Positions 12,211-45,696 of a DNA stretch of 64,000 nt are shown one piece after another. The DNA comes from Amoebidium appalachense (taxonomy: Eukaryota > Protista > Ichthyosporea). Below the pieces are notes generated by a model. The model was given only the letters and a program-made list of their open reading frames with translations. It searched no databases and was not told the DNA's origin. Position numbers and translations under genes: made by a program. The stretch's first letter is position 1, and each line of letters starts with the position of its first letter. The stretch covers positions 8,049,937 through 8,113,936 of the forward strand of contig CAVNZM010000011.1 in the NCBI GenBank assembly GCA_963693365.1. The letters are read 5' to 3'.

Positions 12211-12649
12211 AGTACGAACACTACGTATACGGGAAGGGTGCAGATCATGACAGCGTGCGACTGCATACTGCCCCGACCTGGGCCGATACTCCTCGATGTG
12301 TACGAGGTTGGCCATGGCCACACTTGAGCACTAAGAGAATATTCAAAAATGTTGTTTTTGGGCAGAAACTAGCGAGAAATGCGTGGATTTGCGTCCCTCC
12401 CGTTCGAAAATTTCAAATTTTCCCGCTATCGGCCGGCCGCGCCGATTTCAAGTATGATTCGTTACTGACGGGCCGCGGAATTCGACCGCATACCACGATC
12501 CCAGTCGACGTCGAACCTGGACCTGGCTGTTCACGCAGGTCCAGTCAGGCAAACGACAAACGACTCTGGTGTGCTTCGAATTCGCACATATTGCACTGCC
12601 ACTGATATCGAGAAGGCACCACTGAAACATCATCCTTCACAACGAGAAA

Positions 12650-22534
<9,885 letters not shown>

Positions 22535-22593
22535 TTCGCCGCTATAAATAGCTCGGCAACGCCATTGGCTAGATTTTGTAGATGGATCTATTT

Positions 22594-22946
22594 TTAGCCC
22601 GTCTTGAGACTGTGCAGTTGTCTTTCGAGGTCAATGCGTTGCTGCGTTGTCTGTTGGAAAAATATAAAACCCGTCAGTAATTGGTTTCCATCCTCTGGTT
22701 TATTTTTTATTTGTATCTTAAAGAGCTTCGAGAGAAAAAGGGCTGTAAACGGCCACAGAGAGGGAAAGAGGGCCATTGTGCCAAATGGAGTGTAGGATCT
22801 TGCGAGAAAATGTGTAGATGCACGTGTGCACGTGTGTGTGGGTTTCCTTTTTGGATTCATCTTGGCGGCTGGCCCGCTTGAGGAGCATGAGGAGGAACAG
22901 TAAAATGACGGTGGTGGCATGAGTGGGGGGTGAATGGGTGCGGACA

Positions 22947-23030
<84 letters not shown>

Positions 23031-23324
23031 TGGTGTGTGTGTGTGTGTGGTGTGTGTGTGTGTGTGTACACTCCACAAGGCTGGAAAAGACAACCCAAAA
23101 ACACCCCCACTGCGTGAACTTGTGCGTCTTGTGCACATCTCCATATGTGACCAACACGTGTGCTAGAATGCCTTTTGGTCTCCCTTACCTATCCATACAC
23201 TCTCTCGTTGCCGTAAAATTGGAAACAGGGGCTAGACTGACTCAAGCACACACACACACGAACACACGGGCACAGCTGAGCAGGTACAAATGTGCATACG
23301 CACCCGCACACACACACACACAGA

Positions 23325-23356
<32 letters not shown>

Positions 23357-26300
23357 CCCCCACCTTGTCAGCCAGATACTTCCACGTCGCCTCCTCCACC
23401 CAGGCCTTATTGTAGAACTCAGCCCTCCTTTGCTCTTCAAGGTTCTCCCCACCGTCTTGCATCAGCTGCGGCCCATCCATACACAGTTAGCGCTTTTGGG
23501 CCGTTTGGGGGGGTTATGTGTCAAAAAGGGGGAAACAAGGAGGCAAAGAACTCACCAAGAATGCGCAAATCAGATAGTAATTGGGCGTCGAAAAGCGAGA
23601 TTCTTGAACACGGCTCATCATTCCAATGATGGGCCGGGAGGTGCCGGGGGGGGGGGGGGGAGGGGGGGGACAATACAAAAGAGAAGGAAAGAGAAACAAA
23701 CCAACAGTGCAAGAAGACATGTGTGAACAGAGGAACAGGGAGGGGAACAAAAGGTGTGAAGTCTGAGGCTAGCGTTTGTCGCACAACGCGAGGCCCACAC
23801 ATGAAAAGAGCACCAACACATTACAGAAACCCAGGTCAGTGCTTTGACCTCCTATCCCCCCCCCCTCCCCCCTCCCCCCCCCAACGTCCAAAAAAAAAAA
23901 AAAAAAAAAAAAAAACACTCGCGCGGACCAGACCACAAACAGTCAATGATAAATTTGAGTGGCGGATGGGCGTCTGTGGGCATGGGGTGGGTGGGTAGGC
24001 AGATTCGTGTGCTTGAGCGTGTGCATGTGAGCGCTCGTGTGTCGATGTGTGTGTAGGCGGGCACGTGCGTGTGCGTGTGCAGTCGTGCGCGTATGCGCAG
24101 TCGTGCGCGTGTGTGCTAGTGTGTGTGTGCATGCACACAACGCGTGCATATGTGTGAGTGTGTGCGCCCACATGCATGTGTGTGTGCATGCATAGGTGTG
24201 TGTGCATGCATGTGTGTGCATGCATAGGTGTGTGTGTGCATGCATAGGTGTGTGTGTGCATGCATAGGTGTGTGTGTGCATGCATGTGTGTGTGCATGCA
24301 TAGGTGTGTGTGTGCATGTATAGGTGTGTGTGTGCGTGTGCACGTTTGTGTCTGTGCGTGTGCATGTGGCATACGTGTGTATGTCTGTGCCTGTGTGTGC
24401 ATGCACATGTCTGTGTATGTCTGTGCCTGTGTGTGCATGCACATGTCTGTGTATGTCTGTGCCTGTGTGTGCATGCACATGTCTGTGTATGTCTGTGCCT
24501 GTGTGTGCATGCACATGTCTGTGTATGTCTGTGCCTGTGTGTGCATGCACATGTCTGTGTATGTCTGTGCCTGTGTGTGCATGCACATGTCTGTGTATGT
24601 ATGCGTCTGTGTATGTATGTGCCTGTGTGTGCATGCACATGTCTGTGTATGTATGTGCCTGTGTGTGCATGCACATGTCTGTGTATGTGTATGTGTGTGT
24701 GCGTGCATGTGCATGTACTACATACCTGCAGGTCTCTGTGCTGTGAGCCAATCCACTTGTGGATGAACCCAATTGGGTCGTCTGAGAATTGAGACATGAA
24801 GTCCCGTCGGTGGCTGTGGTTGCGGATCTTCTTCACAAGTACCAGCACCTGTTTTTGTTTTTGTTTTTTATTGTTATTTATTATTAATAATATTGATATT
24901 TTTATTTTATTTTATTTATTTATTTTTTTTTTTGGGGGGGGGGGGGGGGGGATGGGAGGGGGGGGAGAGGGGTGGGGGGAGAAGGGGGAGGAGGGGGGGG
25001 GTCGGGGGTCCGTGGTAGGTGGGTGGGTGGGTGGGTTGGTGGGTCCCAGGGAGAGGGGGGGGGTTAGAGTCTGTTGCAGAGTACAAATTACCCTTCACGA
25101 CGGACAACACTAAGATTTGTAAGGCACATAAAAATACTTATCACCATAAGCAGAGCCCATCCTCGTGATTATGTGTTGTTCATGGAAATAAAGAAGGGGT
25201 GGGGTGAGAGTTAGTGGCGTGTGTGTGCCTAAATACCTTATCTTAGGTGCCGAGAGAGAAGGGGAGAGGAAAAGAACGGAGAGGGAGGGTGAGGGTGAGG
25301 AAGGGACAGTGTGTGTGTGAGTCAACACTTTCTTAAAGGAGACACGCACATGTGCACACGCGGACGTATAGTTATGTATGTGTGCACGGACATGCACATG
25401 CACATGTCCACGCACACGCGGACGTACACGTGCAGATACACGTAAGTGTACACGCACAAGAATGTGTACACCGTAACACGTACACGTACATGTACACACA
25501 CACATACACGTACACGTACACAAGTACACGTACACGTGCACACACACACACACATGCACAAGTACACGTACACATACACGTGCACACACACACACACATG
25601 CACAAGTACACGTACACATACACGAGCACACACACACACATGCACAAGTACACGTACACATACACGTGCACACACACACACACATGCACAAGTACACGTA
25701 CACATACACGAGCACACACACACACACATGCACAAGTACACGTACACATACACGTGCACACACACACACACATGCACAAGTACACGTACACATACACGTG
25801 CACATACACACACACATGCACATACACGTCCACTCACCTGTGCCTCGGTATCTGCCAGGTCCTTAGCCTCCTGCTGGCTGAAGGGGATAGTCTGCAGCTG
25901 CTGCTTGCCGATGACGTCATCAATGTCCACGTCCATGTCGTAGCACTCACCGTCCTCCCTGTGTGTGTGTGTGTGTTTGGGGGGGGGGAGGGGGGGTGGG
26001 GAGGGGGGAGGGGAGGGGGGAGGAGGGGTGGGAGGGGGGATGGGGGGGGGGGGGGGGGGGGGGAGAGCGGGAATGGGTGGAGGGAGAAACAGAGAAGGGG
26101 GCGGAGAGGAAGGGTACGGGTGGGTGGGTGGGGGGAGGAGGGGTGGGGGCAGGGGGGGAGGGGGTTAGTTTGTGCTTGCAAGAGAGTTACAAAGATCTGG
26201 ACAACGCTGGTGACAATAGCTTCGATACGGGATTGACCGATTAAGAGAGTGGCTGTGCAGAAGGTGAACGAGAGACAAAGAGTAATGTTAAAGAGAGGAG

Positions 26301-26591
26301 GATTGTGGATGTGGGTAGGGTAAATGGTTGGGAGGCAGGGAACAAGGGGGTATTCAGGAATGCAAGCAAAGTGCACGCAACACCCATACACACGCACAAA
26401 TGCACACACACATATGCACACACCCCTTTTCCCCACCACTGACAAGCAAACCACATACACCCCATTCCCCTAAACACACATCTCCCTTCCCGCTTCCTCC
26501 ATATCCCCAACTTGGTCCGCTTCCCAACCAAGGCACGCTTACACACACACCACACAGATACACACACACACAAACACACACATCCACACAG

Positions 26592-26637
<46 letters not shown>

Positions 26638-27513
26638 ACCCGAAGCCATAAGTGACCTCCACTGGATCCATGGGCGAGAGCAGCGGAAGAAGTCTGTCTG
26701 GAAGACTCGAGAAGGCCAGGTGGGTGCACCCAAACACCTGCCACAAACCAATCAGAAAAATTATTTTCCGTGTGCTTATGTGTTTCTGTGTATGCGCTTC
26801 TCTCTCGCTCTCTCTCTCTCGCGTGCTCTCTTTGAGTGTGTGTGTACACGTGTACATGTGTATGTGTCCCCCTCCCCTCCTCCTCTGAAATTATCCATGT
26901 ACCTGCTCACTTGCAGAATGTGCCTGTGTGTGCATGTGCCCGTGTGCTTGTGTGTACGTGCAGGCGGAAGTGTGCCTGTGTGTGCCTGTGCACGTGCAAG
27001 CTTGTGCCTGTGTGTGCCTGTGCACGTGCAAGCTTGTGTGTGTGCCTGTGCACGTGCAAGCTTGTGCCTGTGTGTGCCTGTGCACGTGCAAGCTTGTGCC
27101 TGTGTGTGCCTGTGCACGTGCAAGCTTGTGCCTGTGTGTGTCTGTGCACGTGCAAGCTTGTGCCTGTGTGTCTGTGCACGTGCAAGCTTGTGCCTGTGTG
27201 TGCCTGTGCATGTGCACACATATGCACGCACCTCCTGCATCTGTTGGTTGCAGTTGACCAGCGTCTTGTCGTCCTTGTCTTGCAGCTGGTACGTCTGCAC
27301 AACACAAAATTTCAGCACCCAGAAGTGCAACAAAACCCCCACAAAAATAAAATTTACCTGCACAAGTGTAACAAAACCTCCGCACAAACGAAAATTAACC
27401 CCAGATGTTTTAAGACTCGACGCACAAAAACCACCCCGAGAAGCGTAAAAACAACACACAAATCAGACTGTAGAACCGCGGAAGGTACCCCCCCTCCCCC
27501 CTTCCCACCCTCT

Positions 27514-27569
<56 letters not shown>

Positions 27570-29081
27570 AAACACACACTCACGAAAATTCGGCACCAGC
27601 AAAAAGAACATACTCCACACACAAACTATAATCAACCGGCCCCTTTAAATAATTCTTAACCAGACCAATCAACACATCTTCCTCCTGAACTATATCAACA
27701 CCCATAAAGTAACAGCCACCCCCTCCCCCCCCCCTCCCTCCCCCTCCTGGGGTAACACACACCCAGACACACAGACAGACACCCACCCGCTGTAGACAAA
27801 CCATGCCAAACAAACAAGCATTGAATACTAAACCCAAGACAGAACCCCCCCCCCCCCCCCCCCCCCTCGTGCTTCCCCCCTACACACACACAGACGACCT
27901 CCCTCTGTAACATGCCAAACCAACAAGCATTAACTACTAAACCGAGAACGTTGAAAGCGGAATAGGGAACTAGGGCGGGAGAGAAGGCCCGAGCAACCCC
28001 TTTAAGCCACCCGCGTGCACACAGTACCTTGATGTAGCCCCAAATAGAAGAGAGTACATTGTGTTTTGTCTGGGTCCCGACCCCTAGCAGCCGGGCAAGA
28101 GGCGGGGCAAGCTTGAACATGGGGGGAACACTCTCGGGGTACAGGAAGAGCCGTGCCTGGGTGGAAAAACGTCAAAAGGGGAAGGGGGGGAGGGGGGGGG
28201 GGGGGGGGGGGGGGGAGAAGGCAAGGAACAATAAAAGAAAGAAATTAGACAGGAATGAAAGGGGGGGGGGGGGGGGGGGGGGGGGGATGTATGCGTTAGA
28301 GGGTTGGAAATATGGAGGAGACAACAAAGAGCAACAACAAAGCGTCACAAAGGTGGGAAATCCAAAATCAAACAATTTAAGCGTTAAGGGGGGGAGGGGG
28401 GGGGGGGGAGGCATATGTGCTCATGACTCGTACAAGTTGGGGGAGGGGAAGAGGGGGGGAAGGGGGGGGAGGGGGGCGTGAGGAAGGCCCGGGGGGCGTG
28501 GGGGGTGAGGGGGAGGGGGGAGGATATTTTAGAATCGGAAAGCAGCTGTATAAGTGGGATATGGCATGTGGAAGGAGAGATGGGGGAGAGCTGGGCTGTT
28601 GGAGGTGGGGGGAGGGGGGGGGGGGGGGGGGGGGGGGGGAGGTCAAAGAACGAATGCAAAAGAAGGCGGAGCGGGCTTAGGGAAAACAAAAGGAGCGGAG
28701 AAGGAGGGGGGTTTTGAATGCGTCAAAAAGTACGAAGTACACAAGAACAAACGGATAACACGATGCAGAATGCAAGCCATACATAAAGAGTATGCATAAT
28801 AAGCAGAGCCCATCCTCAGGGGGGGCCCACGTCATCCGGGGGGGGGGGGTTGGAGCGGGAAGTAACCAGAAACCAGGGATAACAAATTCACAGAGTAAAA
28901 ACAGAGGATAACTCACAGATACCAAATGCATGCTTAGTCCTTGGCGGGGAGAACACTTTTCGACATGGATGTGACTACATGGGTGGACTTGCCACACACA
29001 CGCATGTCTGTAGACGCAAACACCCCGGAGCAGTGCATGCTGCACTTACAGCTTGCATTGCTACACACACCACCACACTTA

Positions 29082-29113
<32 letters not shown>

Positions 29114-30433
29114 TCCCTCCTTCCCCTCCCCCCCCCCCCCCCTCCCCCTCTCCCCCCCTCCTTTATGTCCGGAAAAACACATTCACAGACAGCACACACA
29201 AACTCATCCTCACATCACCAGGCATGCAGGCACCACATGTACATATGCACGCAAATACCCGCCTCCCCCCCCCCCCATCCCCCGTCTCCCCCTCGGCCCC
29301 CCTCCCACACACGCACATCCACACATACATCCACCCACGCACAAGCCCATTTACCCCCCCCCCACACACACACAGCCCCCCCCCCCACCCTCCCCCCCAC
29401 CCTTTCCCCCTCCCCCATCCCCACACACACACATACACACATACACCTACTCGCACACAACCCCATACCCGCCCCTCTCCCCCCCCCCCCCCCCCCCCCC
29501 CCCTTCCCCCCCAACACACACACACACACACACACTCCACCTACACTTGTTGGCCTCTGTCCGGCCCTCTTGATTTCAAACCCATCCACATCCCCTCCAT
29601 CCGGCCCCCTCGGCTTCACCCACTGTACCCCCCCACCTGTCAGTATCCCATTTTACATCCTTAAGCAAACCTAGTTGTATAACCATGACCTTAATATTTA
29701 ATCAGTATTTGGATAGGTGTGTAGAGGTAAGCCAATATAACTGCACTGCACCATCCCCCCCCCCCCCCCCCCCCCGCCCCTCCCCCCCTCCCTCCCCCCT
29801 CCCCCCCCCCCCCCCCCCCCCCCCGGCCCCGCCCTTCCCCTGCTGCTCCCCTCCCAATATCCTCCCTCCCTCACACCTTCTGTTCATTCATCCTGTCACA
29901 TCTGGCGCTAAAAACAACAACCATAATCTACCCAAACAAAAACTTGAGAGAATACCTCTCTTCACAGAAGAATAAAACCTTACCTCTTTTACCATCTAAA
30001 ACCAACACATACCTCTACGGTCTGGTCGCCCCCTGGGCCCTTAAACTCGATGAAGATTTTGCTGAAGAACGACGAGAACCTTCTACGGGCCTTGCTGGTG
30101 AAGATGGCCTGCACACAGTTACAGCACATAAGTTAACCCCACTTTATCACTCAACCCTTAGGTCAAATCTCCCCCCCCCTCCCCCCTCCCCCCCACCCCC
30201 CCACCCCCTCCACGAAGACACTCGAACGCACATGCACACAATCGTATGCGCCTGCACACACACACGTGCGCATACGCATGCATATGGTATGCACACAGCA
30301 TGCCCACAAGCACACACACCCGCACACAGGCACGCAAGCAAACACGCACACACTCACACAAGAAGCCCACGGACACGCACATGCACACGCTTGCGCACAC
30401 GCACATGCAGACACACACACATCATTGCCTCAT

Positions 30434-30477
<44 letters not shown>

Positions 30478-31495
30478 TCGGATCCCCCCAAGATGTGGCA
30501 TTATTCATCCTCTCTCTCTTCGGTAAACTACTCAGACGATAGCAGACACAACATGAAATAAAGAAACAAAAAATAAACAAATCCCCGATCTTGACACTGT
30601 CATTGGTCCCTCCCTCTTCATGCAGAAAACTCTCACACGACTCCAGCCCAACAAATCAAATCATACAACTTAATTTTAATAAACTTTAAATTTTTACACA
30701 CACCTCGTCCAGCAGTCTCCCCTCCACTCTCAGCTGCCAGCCCGGGGCCTCGCTGCCATCTGCTGCCCCCGCCACCTCCCGGCTGGAAAGGAACATGCGC
30801 ACAGTGCGCGTGGCCTGAAAATACCACGGTTTGTTGGTAAAATGACATTATATTCTCCATATTCTTTGCTAGTACCACATTCGTTCGTGAATTTTCATAC
30901 ATTTCTATTCATATCCTCGGCAAATAACACGGTTGAACAGTGCAAAATCATACGACATTCAATACCATGATTATTTAGTTAAAATCGATAAACTTTGCAC
31001 ATACCACGATTTGTCAGCGTAATACCATTTGCGCTTTTTCATTCCCTTTGCACATACCCACGATCTCTCAGACGAGATTTTCATGGTAATTTCATTCGCT
31101 ATGCGAGTACAACAATTTGACATGTCGGGCGCTATGCAACATACCACAACTTATCAGCGAGATATGAACAGTCAGAGAAAATTCATGCCGTTAGCCCTGC
31201 TAAGCCAATGGAATTTCATACATTATGTGAGTGTGGGCACACATCTTCCCGCTGCGCGCGCACACGGAGGCACACACACACAGCCACACACACACGGCCA
31301 TACACCACCACCTCCATACACACGCGCGCGCGCACACACACACACACACATGCACACAAAAAGACACACACAAAGATATAAACATATGGGCATACACGCG
31401 CCTGTGTGCGCACACGCGCGCACGCACACGCACGCACACATACACACACACATGCACACGCACATGCACACACATGTGCACGCGCACGCGCACAC

Positions 31496-31571
<76 letters not shown>

Positions 31572-32677
31572 CCTTTGGTGTGCGTCTCATTGCCGACTGC
31601 ATTTCGATCCTCTTTCTTGTGATGGTGACGTCTATTCTCTTCTCCAAATCCACAAGTTGCGTAAAGAGCTCAGACTCGGGCAGAAACGGTTTTATCTGTG
31701 CCCAAACAACCACTTAACGTCTATCTAGGGATTTCGCGAGTCGCGAGGATTCTTTTATATGGCAATGATGCAATATCTAAAAGGGGAGGTGGCACCATGT
31801 ATAGGCAGACACAGAATGACTTAGGATCGATGCAGTCAAGACGTCACATCATGAAATGGCAGCTAGGACCTGAAAGAGCCTACACACACATGCAGAAGCG
31901 TGCCCAAGACACCCATAATATATCCAAGCCCATATGTAAATATCCAAAAAAAATGACCGCATGGTATATCCAAACCAGTACATAAATTTCCCAAAAAAAA
32001 TCGACCCTGTGGTGTCACCAAACAGAACTATATGTAAATGAACATACACAAACATCCAAAAGCATAAATAATAATGTCCAAAAACATACGTAGATGCGCA
32101 AAAGCATACACGATGCCCTTGATGTATCTCCAAAATAACATGACATCCAAAGCATAGTTTGAAACCCCTCCCGTCGTGTACCAGCCCCGTTCATGAGTAT
32201 CCAGGAATGAAAATCAGACCCCCATCGTATATCCAATCCGGTACATGATATTTAGACCTAAACAAGGGACCCTCCCTGGCTTATCCAAACCATGTATGCA
32301 TATCCAGAAACTTTTTATTAAAAAAAAAAAAAAAAACCGGGCATATCCAAATCATGTGCACATATCCAGGACCCCCTTCTTCCCCCCCAAAATATCCAAA
32401 CCATAAATGCATATCCAAGCATACATCAGACCCACCCGGATATCCAAACACACATATAAACAAACGGGAACATAAGCCACCACGGGAGCTGCAAGAAGAA
32501 AAAGGAAAACGGGTTTACAGAATCTCTCTTAAACAGTTTGCAAAAGGGTAAAGGGAGAAGAGGGGAGGGTATGGGCGTAGAGGGGGCTGACATGCATTCG
32601 GTTGGGGATTCAACCAGAGGGGAAGGGGGGAGCAAGGAGAGGAGGCAAGGAAATGAGGTGGGGGTGGACGTTTTTTT

Positions 32678-32708
<31 letters not shown>

Positions 32709-33477
32709 GGGGACGGGGGGGAGGGGGGGGGGGGGGGGGGGGGGGGGGAGGAGGGTCCCGTTACCTGTTGGGGCAGCTGCCTATCCAAAGCTTTCTTCTT
32801 CTTCCGCCTGTGTGCAAACAAGCACAGGTCAACGTAGGCAGGCAGGCGTGAAAGTGCAACGCACAGATGCAATGCACCGATGCATAACTCGTGCATAGGT
32901 ACAATAGAATTCCGTTGAGGTGTCTCTGTTACAGGGTACCGCACACCGCCACAAACAAAGTAACTAAATCGCCGGCTCGCTTCCTGCACACCAACATGCA
33001 AACGGGAATGGGACATTTGCGGGCTGTTTCAGGCAAAGAAGAACAAGAAGGAGGAAGTAAGAAACAAAGTGAACAATACGAGTCACACAACTGTGGTGCC
33101 CGCAAACACAAAGAAGCAGTCGCATGTACGCCAACACACAAGTACGCACACCTACACACATAGACGAGCAGGAACACTGACACACCCACCCCGTAAAGTT
33201 CACACAAGCACTTGCCATATGTGCACATGCCCGCCCTCATGCCCACACGTACATTCGCAAACAGACACAACACACACACTCACTCACTCACTCACATGCA
33301 CACTCACACACAGACAGATGCTCAATCACCGTGACCCACCTACCCCTCCCCCCCTAGCCCCCCTCCCCCCCCCTGCACACACACGTTTTTGCGCAAGCAC
33401 ACACACGCACATACCAGCATATATATTCCCCAGCTCACTCATTCACTCACAATCACACACACACACACACACACACA

Positions 33478-33543
<66 letters not shown>

Positions 33544-33780
33544 CCTCCCTCCCTGCCTCCCTCCCTCCCTCCCTCCCTCCCTCCCTCCCTCCCTCCTTCC
33601 CTTCCTCCCCCCTCCCTCTCACTTGGTCTCTCCCCCCTCCCTCACTCCCTCCCCCCTCCCTCTCTCACTCTCTGTCTGTTGCCCTCGTTTCCTCTCTCTC
33701 TCTTACACACACACTGACAAGCACACACGCTTCCAGGCACATGCACTAGCGCGCGCCCACACACCTGCACACCCACACAC

Positions 33781-33837
<57 letters not shown>

Positions 33838-33941
33838 CCGGTTGTGCCAGGTCCATCATCTGCGCGTCTCTTCTTTACAGTTACCGCTGCCGGTGCTGTC
33901 TGCGGCGTCTGGGGTGGCGGTCCAGGGTGTGGTGAATCCAT
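22594..33941 (-). CDS. SMARCD: SWI/SNF subunit SMARCD/BAF60 (SWIB domain), 416 aa; 13 exons: 33941-33835, 32807-32765, 31695-31573, 30814-30704, 30108-30013, 29622-29545, 28156-28028, 27294-27232, 26737-26640, 25958-25838, 24848-24726, 23465-23364, 22650-22594
   Basis: All junctions are GT-AG and in phase (1251 nt). Motifs [90 protein letters not shown] and EEQRRAEFY match BAF60. Confidence 0.95.
24375..24690. repeat. Intronic minisatellite, ~36-bp unit
   Basis: GTATGTCTGTGCCTGTGTGTGCATGCACATGTCTGT repeated in tandem. Confidence 0.85.
25062..25164 (-). repeat. Dispersed intronic repeat, copy B (SMARCD intron)
   Basis: The minus strand reads GAGGATGGGCTCTGCTTAT...GTGTTGTCCGTCGTGAA...GTACTCTGCAACAGACTCTAAC. 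Confidence 0.8.
26975..27210. repeat. Intronic minisatellite, ~30-bp unit
   Basis: GTGCACGTGCAAGCTTGTGCCTGTGTGTGCCT repeated in tandem. Confidence 0.85.
28713..28817 (-). repeat. Dispersed intronic repeat, copy C (SMARCD intron)
   Basis: The minus strand reads GAGGATGGGCTCTGCTTATTATGCATACTC...GTGTTATCCGTT...GTACTTCGTAC...GCATTC. Confidence 0.8.
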
Positions 33942-34782
33942 TTTCTGAACTGACGACTAAAATAGACTGCTGAGAGTACTCACAGTGGGTGGTTCTTGAT
34001 GTTTCGTCAAAGGAAGTGGCAAATTCAGGTTATGAAGCTAGCTCAGACACTGGAGCTAAAGTATGATGCAAATGGTTTGGCCTATTTGGTATTAACGAAC
34101 CCTTTGTGTTTCTGTTGGTATAAACATGTTGTTAAATATGGACCACGGTAAGTTGTATGTAGAGGCGATTGTGCCTACGCAGTTGAGCCCTTTCTTTCGC
34201 CTATAGGTGTGATGCACCTTCGCCACTCTACAATCAACAGTATGAATACTGAATAGCTGTAAGTAATTATATAAAACTATATCACGTCAGCTCCGCAGCT
34301 CACACAAAAAAGGGAAACGCGAGAGGTAGTTTACAACAACCAAGAGAATTCGGAAACATCAACCGAAAACATTGACTACAATAGCAGCAGCTGTACTCAG
34401 TACACGTACAGCCCCCGTTTCTGCAAAGACTGCGCCTGCATTTTCGCGCCATTTTGCAATCTGCCCGTCTCCAAGCATAGTCTGTTAATGTATGGCGTCA
34501 TATTAGGTCAAAAATATATATTTTCCTCAATTAGTTTACTAAATAGAGTGTACGTTTGTGAACTAATGCTCCAGTGCTTTCACGAACATTTGGGGATGGT
34601 GGTAGGAGGCTCTCTGAGCTCAGTGCGGTGGGCTGGCGGAAGCAAGAAACATCCCTTTTTTTGTTACGAGCTGTATAGATTAATGAAGAATATAACCCTG
34701 TATAACAAATAGGTTTTGCAATAAAAGCATACATCTAGCAAAGGGTCTGCTCTAAGGCCCTTTGTCAAATGTCCCCCGACAC
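33942..34782. promoter_or_regulatory. Probable bidirectional promoter between the divergent SMARCD and OTU genes
   Basis: ~840-bp AT-richer interval free of microsatellites between two head-to-head start codons. Function is inferred from position only. Confidence 0.55.
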
Positions 34783-34818
34783 ATGATCACCCAGCCAAAA
34801 ACATCAAAGATCGGAAAC

Positions 34819-44283
<9,465 letters not shown>

Positions 44284-44635
44284 TGTGTGTTGTGTGCGTG
44301 CTGTATCTATGCTGTGGTGATTGCACGTGGTCTGTTATGTTTTCTTTCTCTCTTGTTGTTTTTATTATTATTATTCCTTGCTTGGTTGGTTTATGTTTTT
44401 TGGGTGTGGTCGTGTCGTGGTGTGGTGGTGTGGTGAATTGCAATTAAGTGGTGTGTTGGGGGGTTGCTGAGTGCTTAGTTTTGGTGATAGCAGTGCAAGT
44501 GGTGGATTGTGTATGAGTGCCTGCGTGCGTGTGTGCGTGCGTGTACGCCTGGAGGAGAGGGAGGGGGGGGATCGGAACTTCGTAAAATGTTAATGGTTCT
44601 TTTTTATTTTGATCTTTGAATTTGATTTTTTATTA

Positions 44636-44674
<39 letters not shown>

Positions 44675-45179
44675 GGGTGGGTGGGCAATGGGCATGGTAT
44701 GGATGGGTAATATGCATGTCACAAGTTGGCAAATGAGCATTTGTTGGGTGGTTACACGTTTGGTTCTTTCCATTAACCAGCACACTACAGCCTCTCGATG
44801 TAAGGAGACAACTGTGTTGTTCATACATCCATCGGTAAAAAGAAAAACTCGAAATGTAGCATTCATAGTAGTCATGTAGCCGGAGAGAGAGCAGAGAGCA
44901 GAAACGGAGAATGATGTCGCGCTTGGTTTGGTGGCCTGGTGCCCCACTAATAGACAAACTTTTTAAGATTTGTGCCCTTCCTCCCCCCCCCCCCCCCCCC
45001 CCCGTTTCTCCCTCCTCCCTCCCTTCGCGGATCCCAATCCCCCTCCCTCCTTCCTCCCCAGCCCCCCCCTCCCCCCTCCCCCTTCCCCCTTCCACCACCG
45101 CCTCTTCCACCTCCTCCACCACCCCACCCACCCGACCCAACCCACACAGACACACGCGCGTGCGCGCGCGGGCGCGCAT

Positions 45180-45233
<54 letters not shown>

Positions 45234-45449
45234 ACACACACACGCACACAGGCACACACACACATACATTCACACACATGCACACACACACATACACATA
45301 TGCACACACACATACACACACACACTCCCCTATGCACGACACAAACACACATACACACGCATGCACACACACACACGCGCGCGCATACGTTCAGGACGTA
45401 TAAGTTTGCTCTTTCGAATTCCCCCCACCTAAACACTGTTAAATCAAAA

Positions 45450-45696
45450 ATGACACATCGTCAAATCGCTTTGTGGCTGCCATCATGGAGAATTTTGTGG
45501 CTGCCACAAAGGGCGGATCTTAAGATCTCGGTTTCTAGTTATAGTCATTGGGAAATGGATCAGGTCAGCTCCCACAGTCTAATTGTGTGATAGGGACATG
45601 CTTCGCTGATACGAATATTCTGGACTGAGATCTCCGATCACTACCTTGTGGCAGCCATAATGAAACTTGTGGCAGCCACAAGGATGCGTGTGTCAT
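45450..45696. mobile_element. Degenerate MITE-like foldback (~250 bp, imperfect arms of ~80-90 bp)
   Basis: Left arm ATGACACA..TTGTGGCTGCCA..TTGTGGCTGCCACAAAGG..GATC..AGATCTCGG mirrors right arm CTGAGATCTCCGATC..CCTTGTGGCAGCCA..TTGTGGCAGCCACAA..TGTGTCAT. Confidence 0.55.

Larger units (their letters stand above)
132..12537. mobile_element. Candidate ~12.4-kb DNA transposon bounded by a 23-bp inverted repeat and containing the transposase-exonuclease gene
   Basis: 132-154 TGCGTGAACAGCCAGGTCCAGGT is the exact reverse complement of 12515-12537 ACCTGGACCTGGCTGTTCACGCA. No target-site duplication is visible at these boundaries, so the exact ends are uncertain. Confidence 0.4.
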
